From: Candidatus Bathyarchaeota archaeon
GTDB taxonomy: Archaea > Thermoproteota > Bathyarchaeia > Bathyarchaeales > Bathycorpusculaceae
NCBI GenBank assembly: GCA_963826715.1
Contig: CAWGYA010000005.1
Coordinates: 1-64,000 of the forward strand
Direction: 5' to 3'
Length of the DNA: 64,000 nt
Shown: positions 57,269 through 64,000 of the stretch, in pieces
How positions within the stretch are numbered: position 1 is the stretch's first letter
Layout: each line of letters starts with the position of its first letter
The notes under the pieces: generated by a model
What the model was told of the DNA's origin: nothing
The model's database searches: none
Seen by the model: only the letters and a program-made list of their open reading frames with translations
Program-made: the position numbers and the translations under genes

Positions 57269-57882
57269 AACTTGGAGACTACAAACTCATCTTTATCGTA
57301 ACTGCGATAATTGGCTCATTACTCATCGCCTCCCCCGCAATCGCAGGAGTCATTCGCCTTCCAGAAGGAGAGCAATTTTCTGAGCTTTACATTTTAGGCC
57401 CAGAACGTATGGCTCAAGATTACCCATTTAACATAATTCCCAACCAGAACTATTCTGTTTACATTAACGTTGGCAACCAAATGGGTTCCTCAGAGTATTA
57501 CTTAATCTACGTTAAGCTCTTGAACGCCACCGACCCTTTGCCGAGTAACTCAGGAACCCCAAGTTCAGAACAGCCTTTGTATGAATACCGTTTCTCAATT
57601 CAAAACGGTCAAACTTTTGAAAATCTACTAACATTCTCAATATCCAATCCAATCATCTCTAATAACCAAGCCACCATCGGTAACATCAACACAAATGGCT
57701 ATAATTACTCTGCAAACAAATCAGCAATTTGGAACTCTACTAAGTCCATGTTTGAATTCAGGTTAATCTTCGAGCTTTGGATGTTTAACAATCAATCAAG
57801 CATGATTGAATACAACAGCAGGTATGTAAGTCTAGTCTTAAATTTGACTACTTCAGGCAGCGTTTTAGCCATTTCCCGCTAA
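57265..57882 (+). CDS. DUF1616-domain protein
   Basis: EQFSELYILGP..AQDYP, VGNQMG..YYLIYVK, RLIFELW. Confidence 0.85.
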   Translation: MKLGDYKLIFIVTAIIGSLLIASPAIAGVIRLPEGEQFSELYILGPERMAQDYPFNIIPNQNYSVYINVGNQMGSSEYYLIYVKLLNATDPLPSNSGTPSSEQPLYEYRFSIQNGQTFENLLTFSISNPIISNNQATIGNINTNGYNYSANKSAIWNSTKSMFEFRLIFELWMFNNQSSMIEYNSRYVSLVLNLTTSGSVLAISR

Positions 57883-57941
57883 GACCAACAGAATAAATAT
57901 TGTGTCGGTCGAGAAAAACGGAGATTTTGTGAGGATTAAGC

Positions 57942-59174
57942 ATGTATCTTTTTGAGCTTTTTTTTAGCATTTCCTTGATTGCCTTAACTGCTGTTACAGG
58001 TTTTTACTTGAGCTATTTTTTAATTCTAAAAAGTTGTCGAAAACGTGTTGAATTAACGAGAAAAGAGAATAATCCTAAAACTTGGAAAATGGCGTCAGAA
58101 ACTCCTTCTGATGTTCCTTTTGTCTCTATTATTGTACCTGTTTATAATGAAGAGAAGATTATTTCACAAAAAATTGATAATTTAAAGCTAATTACCTACC
58201 CAGGTAAAATGGAGGTTATTTTTGTTGATGGGCACTCAAAGGACAACACCTGCGCTGTTATTGAGAAAAGGTTGCAAGGTCTCAAAACGCCTATGCGAAT
58301 AATTGCCCAAAAAGAACGTGATGGTTACACAGGCGCAGTTATAGAGGGCATCCGAAATTCTCAGGGCGAAATAATTATCGCAACGGATGCTGCATCCTAT
58401 TATTTGCCGGATGCTGTTCAATGCCTTGTAAGACATTTTATCAACCCGACAGTTGGCGCAGTTACTGGCCAGGAGATAGTTCTTGGAGACTCTAAGACAG
58501 TTGGACCAAAGCTTGAAAAAACTTACCGCTCTTTTTACGACTTCATGCGGCAGGCTGAGACCGAAATTGATTCAACCCCTGACTCAAAAGGAGAGTTACT
58601 TGCAGTAAGAAAAAATATTTGCCTCGAACTAATACCTAAATTATCTCTTTCCCCTAATGCCTCTTTTGACTCTTGTATTCCCTACCAAGCAAAATTGATG
58701 GGCTATCGAACCGTGTACGATGAGTATGCTAAATATTACGAGATTGTCCCTGCCTCAGCCTCTGATCGATTCACTCAGCAAGCCCGTAGAGCAACTATCC
58801 TAATTGGAGCTCTTTTATTGTTTAAAAACATGGTATTTAGGAAGCGATTCAATAAGTTTGGTTATCTTATTCTTCCAATGCATTTCCTAATGGACTGTGT
58901 TATGCCTAGCATATTTGTGATAGGGCTGTATTCTTTAATTGTGTCCACTTTTTTTAACCCTATTTTATTAGCGTTTTGGGCTACATTAAGTTTGTTTGTA
59001 ATTCCAATCAAAAAATTTAGGTTATTTACTTTTGCCTTTGTCCAAGCACAATTTGCGCTTACATTTGCCCTTTTCAAGTTAGCACGAAAGAATCAAACAT
59101 TGTTCATAACCAGCATTCCATCCACCCGAACTGATGTAAATCTTATTTCAACACCTATTGTTGAGTCATTATGA
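57942..59174 (+). CDS. Membrane GT2 glycosyltransferase (CESA-like fold)
   Basis: PVYNEE, DGHSKD, TDA, VGAVTG, QQARRA plus TMs. Confidence 0.88.
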   Translation: MYLFELFFSISLIALTAVTGFYLSYFLILKSCRKRVELTRKENNPKTWKMASETPSDVPFVSIIVPVYNEEKIISQKIDNLKLITYPGKMEVIFVDGHSKDNTCAVIEKRLQGLKTPMRIIAQKERDGYTGAVIEGIRNSQGEIIIATDAASYYLPDAVQCLVRHFINPTVGAVTGQEIVLGDSKTVGPKLEKTYRSFYDFMRQAETEIDSTPDSKGELLAVRKNICLELIPKLSLSPNASFDSCIPYQAKLMGYRTVYDEYAKYYEIVPASASDRFTQQARRATILIGALLLFKNMVFRKRFNKFGYLILPMHFLMDCVMPSIFVIGLYSLIVSTFFNPILLAFWATLSLFVIPIKKFRLFTFAFVQAQFALTFALFKLARKNQTLFITSIPSTRTDVNLISTPIVESL

Positions 59175-59212
59175 ATGGCTAAGCTTCCTTGATTTCTTTG
59201 AGGAATAATGTT

Positions 59213-60256
59213 ATGAAGAAAGCACTGATTACTGGTATAACTGGTCAAGATGGATCTTACCTCTCTGAATTCTTGCTTTCTAAAGGATATGAAGTACACG
59301 GCATAATTCGCAGAGCTAGTACCTTTAATACTGAAAGAATCGATCATATCTATTTGGATCCGCATGAACCTGAAACGAAGCTCTTCTTACATTATGGTGA
59401 TTTATCTGACTCAGAGCAAGTAAACAATATTATTTTTAATATTAAGCCAGATGAAATTTACCATTTGGGCGCTCAGAGCCACGTAAGAGTAAGCTTTAAC
59501 ATGCCAGAATACACGGCAAATGTAACCGGAATAGGTACGGTTAGACTTTTGGAGGCAATTCGTCGGAGTGGTAATCATGTGAAGTTTTATCAAGCATCTA
59601 GTAGTGAAATGTTTGGACGAACTTTGGCGCCTCAGAATGAGGAATCATTTTTTAGTCCAACAAGTCCCTATGCAACGGCTAAGGTTTTCGCTTATTGGAT
59701 CGCAAAAAACTATCGATTAGGTTATGGAATGTTTGCATGCAACGGAATTCTGTTTAATCATGAATCTCCACGAAGAGGTGAAATATTCGTTACCCGAAAA
59801 GTGACAATGGGTATCGCTAAGATTTTGGCGAATAAACAACGGTTCTTATACCTTGGTAATCTACTTGCTAAAAGAGACTGGGGTTTTGCTCCAGAATATG
59901 TCACTGCCATGTGGCAGATTCTTCAAGAAATAAAGCCAGACGATTTTGTGGTTGGTACTGGAGAGACTCATTCAGTCAGAGACTTTGTTGAGGAAGCTTT
60001 TTCATATGCAGGTCTAAACTGGAAGAATTATGTTAAAATTGATGAGAAGTACTTCAGGCCAACCGAAACCGAGAATTTAGAGGCTGACTGTTCAAAAATA
60101 AAAAAAATCATAGGCTGGAGATCCCAAATTACTTTCAAAGAACTGGTTCGAATAATGGTTGATGCCGACATGCGCAAGATTGGACTAACGCCAATAGGCG
60201 AAGGGGACTCAATTTTAGCGGAAAAATTTAGTGGAAGATGGTGGAAAACCGATTGA
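59213..60256 (+). CDS. gmd: GDP-mannose 4,6-dehydratase
   Basis: [46 protein letters not shown]. Confidence 0.97.
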   Translation: MKKALITGITGQDGSYLSEFLLSKGYEVHGIIRRASTFNTERIDHIYLDPHEPETKLFLHYGDLSDSEQVNNIIFNIKPDEIYHLGAQSHVRVSFNMPEYTANVTGIGTVRLLEAIRRSGNHVKFYQASSSEMFGRTLAPQNEESFFSPTSPYATAKVFAYWIAKNYRLGYGMFACNGILFNHESPRRGEIFVTRKVTMGIAKILANKQRFLYLGNLLAKRDWGFAPEYVTAMWQILQEIKPDDFVVGTGETHSVRDFVEEAFSYAGLNWKNYVKIDEKYFRPTETENLEADCSKIKKIIGWRSQITFKELVRIMVDADMRKIGLTPIGEGDSILAEKFSGRWWKTD

Positions 60257-61212
60257 CTTTAAACCTAAAGAATAAACGTATTTTGGTAACAGGGGGCGCT
60301 GGATTTCTAGGTTCACATATAGTGGAGAACTTGGTTAAAAAAAGAGGTGTACCGGCGAGCCAAATTGTAGTCTTAAGAAGTCAAAACTCGGATCTGCGAG
60401 ATTTTGCTAATTGCAAAAAAGCCGTAGATGGCGTTGACTTAGTTATTCATTTAGCAGCAAAGGTTGGTGGTATAGGATTCAATCAAAAGAATCCTGGGAC
60501 TTTATTTTACGATAACATAATTATGGGCGTCCAATTAATGGAAGCCGCTAGGATAGCAAAAGTCGAAAAGTTTGTCCAAATCGGAACCGTTTGCGCTTAT
60601 CCCAAATTTACGCCCACCCCCTTTAGTGTAGAAAACCTCTGGAATGGGTATCCTGAAGAAACAAACGCGCCCTATGGAATCGCTAAAAAATCTTTGCTCG
60701 TTATGGCTCAGGCATATCGGCAACAATATGGTATGAACATTATTTACCTACTTCCAGTCAATTTGTATGGACCAAAAGATAACTTTGATTTAGAGTCAAG
60801 CCATGTTATACCAGCGTTAATTAGAAAGTTTATAGAAGCCTCAAGAAAAGGTGAAAAAGAAGTTGTTGTTTGGGGAACAGGTCAGGCTTCTCGTGAATTC
60901 TTGTATGTAGACGATGCGGCTGAGGCTGTTATTTTGGCGGCTCATAAATACGATAGTTCTCAGCCTGTGAATTTAGGAACCGGCCAAGAAATAAAAATTA
61001 TCGACTTAGTCAATCTAATTGCCGATTTGACTTGCTACAACGGGAGAATAGTTTGGGATAATACAAAACCTGATGGCCAGCCAAAGCGGTGCCTTGATGT
61101 AACAGTGGCAAAGAGGGAATTCGGTTTCGAGGCAAAGACTTATTTTAGGGACGGCATTAAGAAAACGATTGATTGGTTTCGTTCCTGTGAAATAGGTAAA
61201 CTATCAATTTAA
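60238..61212 (+). CDS. fcl: GDP-L-fucose synthase
   Basis: [52 protein letters not shown]. Likely start TTG 60253. Confidence 0.95.
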   Translation: MVENRLTLNLKNKRILVTGGAGFLGSHIVENLVKKRGVPASQIVVLRSQNSDLRDFANCKKAVDGVDLVIHLAAKVGGIGFNQKNPGTLFYDNIIMGVQLMEAARIAKVEKFVQIGTVCAYPKFTPTPFSVENLWNGYPEETNAPYGIAKKSLLVMAQAYRQQYGMNIIYLLPVNLYGPKDNFDLESSHVIPALIRKFIEASRKGEKEVVVWGTGQASREFLYVDDAAEAVILAAHKYDSSQPVNLGTGQEIKIIDLVNLIADLTCYNGRIVWDNTKPDGQPKRCLDVTVAKREFGFEAKTYFRDGIKKTIDWFRSCEIGKLSI

Positions 61213-61254
61213 CGTTAACTTTCTATCTAAAACAAAGAGATTGAGTGAATATTT

Positions 61255-62247
61255 ATGGACTTGGCATCTGCATTAGTTGTGACAAGGAACAATAAGCAAA
61301 CAATTGAACAGTGTTTAGCTTCGATTTTTAATCAAAGCTATGAGAATGTTGAAATAGTAATAATCGATAGTTCAGATGATGGCACATCTTCAATCATCGC
61401 TAGCTCCATAAAGAATAAAAACAAAAACAATTTTATTGTAAAACACTTGCATTCACTACCGGCAGGAGTTGGAAACGCTAGAAACTTGGCTGTTAAAACA
61501 AGTTCTGGAAAATATCTTTTCTTTGTTGATGCTGACTTCTCCATCGACAAGGAGTATATTAAACAAGCTGTTGATATATTTTCTCAAGACAGCAAGATAG
61601 TAAGCATTAGTTTTTGCAAGGAATTTTCTCACGCTGCAAAAGGGCTTTTTCCCGCAGCCATTTACCTGTTTGATAAAGCTCGAAAACCAGTTGGTCCCGA
61701 TGGTCAATGCGACTATTGGATATGTCAGAGAAAAGTCTTTGACCTTGTCGGTTACTTTATGGAAGATTTGGAAGCCGCCGAAGACATCGAATGGGCAGCT
61801 AGAGCAAAACGAATTCTAAAAATGTTATCCAAAAAAGAAGGCTATAAAGTCGCCATTGCTCCCCATATCGCCACCTACGAAAATAAACAATGCTGGTCTA
61901 TTGGTCAATATTGGCGGAAACTGAGGTGGTATGGAACCGCTTTTGGTAACTTAAACTACATTAAAGAGACACGTAGAATAACATTTTTTGAAGTCTTCTT
62001 TATGCTTTCTCAAATTTCTTTACCCTTCTTGATAACATACGCTATCTGGGCGAATTTTCCAATATACCTTTGTTTTTTCCTTATTTCCATGTTCTTTTTG
62101 CCTTCTCTTTTCATAACTTATAGGGCTATAAGACGAGGGCTTGTAACGCGTTCGGTTTTTCTAATTCCTTTTTTGATATTATATAAATCATTCTTCTTAC
62201 TTACTGGCGCTTTTTCGAAGGTACTAGAAAACCTAACGGGCGGCTAA
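61255..62247 (+). CDS. GT2 glycosyltransferase with C-terminal TMs
   Basis: DSSDDGT, ARNLAV, FVDAD, AEDIE. Confidence 0.9.
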   Translation: MDLASALVVTRNNKQTIEQCLASIFNQSYENVEIVIIDSSDDGTSSIIASSIKNKNKNNFIVKHLHSLPAGVGNARNLAVKTSSGKYLFFVDADFSIDKEYIKQAVDIFSQDSKIVSISFCKEFSHAAKGLFPAAIYLFDKARKPVGPDGQCDYWICQRKVFDLVGYFMEDLEAAEDIEWAARAKRILKMLSKKEGYKVAIAPHIATYENKQCWSIGQYWRKLRWYGTAFGNLNYIKETRRITFFEVFFMLSQISLPFLITYAIWANFPIYLCFFLISMFFLPSLFITYRAIRRGLVTRSVFLIPFLILYKSFFLLTGAFSKVLENLTGG

Positions 62248-62454
62248 AGTAATTTTAATTAAGCAATAATGTGAACTTCAGGTGAGACATAGAATGGAAT
62301 CAAAGGTTACGACCTGGCCTTCACATCAAGAAATTGCTAAGAAGATATATGGGATAAATAATCGCTCAAATATCTGAGTAAAACCATTATTGACCTATAA
62401 CACACCGCGTCGCCATAGGTAAGTGGACGCAATAAACTTGTAGCCAAATGCTCC

Positions 62455-62835
62455 CCACTGATGAAAACAACGATTTCACCTAATGCTCTTTTAGGATTAA
62501 TTAGAGTCAAGCATCTGAATTATTGTCAATTAGTAAAAATTAGGGATGCCCATAGAAGGTTGATTCATAAATAGAAATCAGAGTTGTGTATGGTGATTCT
62601 GATAGGGGCAAAGTGGAGACTGTTAATGTAGAGAACTATAATGATATTTTACGGGAGAGAATTAGGCTGTTAGCATGACGAAGTGTCTAAAAAGACTCGA
62701 TGTTTTAGGGGTACAATACTTCTGTTTGAGTTCTATTGGATCTTTATGTCTGTATTTAAGCGGGTTTGACCCCTAGAATGATGGAGGGTCGGTTGCTTCT
62801 CATGTTTAGAGTTGGAATGCTTTCTACTATCCTGT
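62455..62835 (+). mobile_element. Decayed IS1-family-like transposase remnant
   Basis: Across frameshifts and stops: TDENNDFT...YCQLVKIRD...EIRVVYGD..VETVNVENYNDILRER...LLFEFYWIF...TPRMMEG...SHV*SWNAFYY, matching the C-terminal DDE region of archaeal IS1-type transposases as I recall it. Confidence 0.7.
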
Positions 62836-63110
62836 GATAACTCACTTAAAGTAAGGCAGTAATGTTTTAAGGTCAAACAGGGCATGAAGGTTGTCTTTTT
62901 TAGCCAACTCTAATTTAAAATAAGATCCTAAAAAAATGATATTTAAAGTATTAGACAACTGTTTGAACCTCAGATAAATCTTAATTAGTTAATAATGCAG
63001 AAGGCAAGCGGCAGATGCGATTTGAAAACAACATATTATCAATGGTTTTTCAATGTTCTTACCTATGGGTGGTATAAAAAATAGCTGTAAATGTAAATTG
63101 CCGTTTAAGT

Positions 63111-64000
63111 GTGTGTTTGGTAACTTTTCACGATTTTCCCGAGGGACAAAAAGGGGGGGAAGAACGTTTTCTCGAAACTTTTTGCACCTTTTTAACGGAA
63201 AAAAAAGTGACGGTAACGGTTGTGTCATCAGCTTCCAAGCGTTCTGGGCAAATATTTGGAGTCGGGATTAGACGATTTAGAGTTCCGTTGCTAGGCCTTA
63301 CACCCTATCTTCTTTTCTTTTCCTTTATGTCAGTACTAAAAATAGTCAAATTGAATAAGGAATACGTTTTTTCTTTAATTCATTCAACAGATACAGGGTA
63401 CGGTGGTCTTGCAGGACTCGCTGCCAGCAAAATTCTAAATTTACCTTTCGTGGTGCACTCTCATTGTTCAAGATCTAAGCTTCTGAAAGCGACAATTCTG
63501 TTGCACCCAGGTCACGAGAAACTCGTCGCTTCGATATATCAGAATTTTGAAGCAACGATAGACAAATTAGTGACGCGTAATGCGAATAAAATTATTACCG
63601 TTAACAATGAAATAAAGGAATATGTAAATTCTTTGGGTGTGATTAATGATAAAATAATTGTAATTCCTATGGGTATAGATTCAACGAATTTCTGTCCGGA
63701 ATGTAATTCTAGGGATGAAGTCTTTAAAGAATTTCGTATTCCTAACAACGCATTTGTTGTTGGTTTTGTTGGTAGCTTGATAAGAGCAAAAGGTGTTTTT
63801 TCTTTAGTCCAAGCTTTTTCCTTATTCAAAAATTGCAGTAATGATTCTTATCTTTTGTTAGTAGGAGACGGGGAAAATATTGCAGAATTAAAAGATTTCA
63901 TAACTATAAAAAAGATAGACTCTATAATTTTAACTGGATATAGAAAAGATATTGCTAAGTTGTTGGCTGCGATGAATATATTCGTTTTTTTGTCGATTTC
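63111..64000 (+). CDS. GT4 family glycosyltransferase (partial, runs off the window end; not in ORF track)
   Basis: Open frame from about 63078: CLVTFHDF..GGEERF..LIHSTD..PFVVHSH..VIPMGID..VGFVGSL..KG..VGDG..FVFLS. Confidence 0.88.
   Translation, partial: MCLVTFHDFPEGQKGGEERFLETFCTFLTEKKVTVTVVSSASKRSGQIFGVGIRRFRVPLLGLTPYLLFFSFMSVLKIVKLNKEYVFSLIHSTDTGYGGLAGLAASKILNLPFVVHSHCSRSKLLKATILLHPGHEKLVASIYQNFEATIDKLVTRNANKIITVNNEIKEYVNSLGVINDKIIVIPMGIDSTNFCPECNSRDEVFKEFRIPNNAFVVGFVGSLIRAKGVFSLVQAFSLFKNCSNDSYLLLVGDGENIAELKDFITIKKIDSIILTGYRKDIAKLLAAMNIFVFLSI

Noticed and set aside
62989-63829. ORF-track entries 62989-63228(-), 63053-63271(+), 63539-63829(-)
   Set aside because: Shadows of the GT4 gene that runs off the window end.
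1-64000. CRISPR arrays, rRNA, intact tRNA, integrase or intact transposase
   Set aside because: No regularly spaced repeats, no cloverleaf with T-loop, no rRNA-like GC-rich block and no recombinase motifs seen by eye.

Overview
AT-rich archaeal chromosomal window. TATA-type promoters, frequent TTG starts, U-tract terminators, and DUF1616, DUF835 and archaeal wHTH families suggest Bathyarchaeia; this taxonomy is an inference. Main content: (1) a group 4 energy-converting [NiFe]-hydrogenase cluster (4.3-12.4 kb) split into two convergent halves, whose antiporter-like subunits have substitutions at normally conserved charged residues; (2) a putative exopolysaccharide/matrix locus (13.5-26.7 kb) with a relic NDP-sugar dehydrogenase, a 2297-aa secreted FG-GAP/LamG/B-repeat protein, a GT2 synthase fused to an apparently circularly permuted DUF2334/NodB deacetylase, an anchored TIM-barrel plus pseudo-deacetylase protein, and a beta-helix protein; (3) an accessory stretch of small regulators, Zn-finger proteins, PAS sensors and a PadR-linked type VII ABC system with two different ATPases; (4) a hasAB-like operon (51.8-54.9 kb) whose hyaluronan/chitin-synthase-like GT2 carries a duplicated catalytic motif; (5) a surface glycosylation cluster (DPM1-like GT, DUF1616, gmd, fcl, GT2, GT4) interrupted by a decayed IS1-like transposase. 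I found no rRNA, intact tRNA or CRISPR array. All family assignments come from reading motifs by eye, not from database searches.
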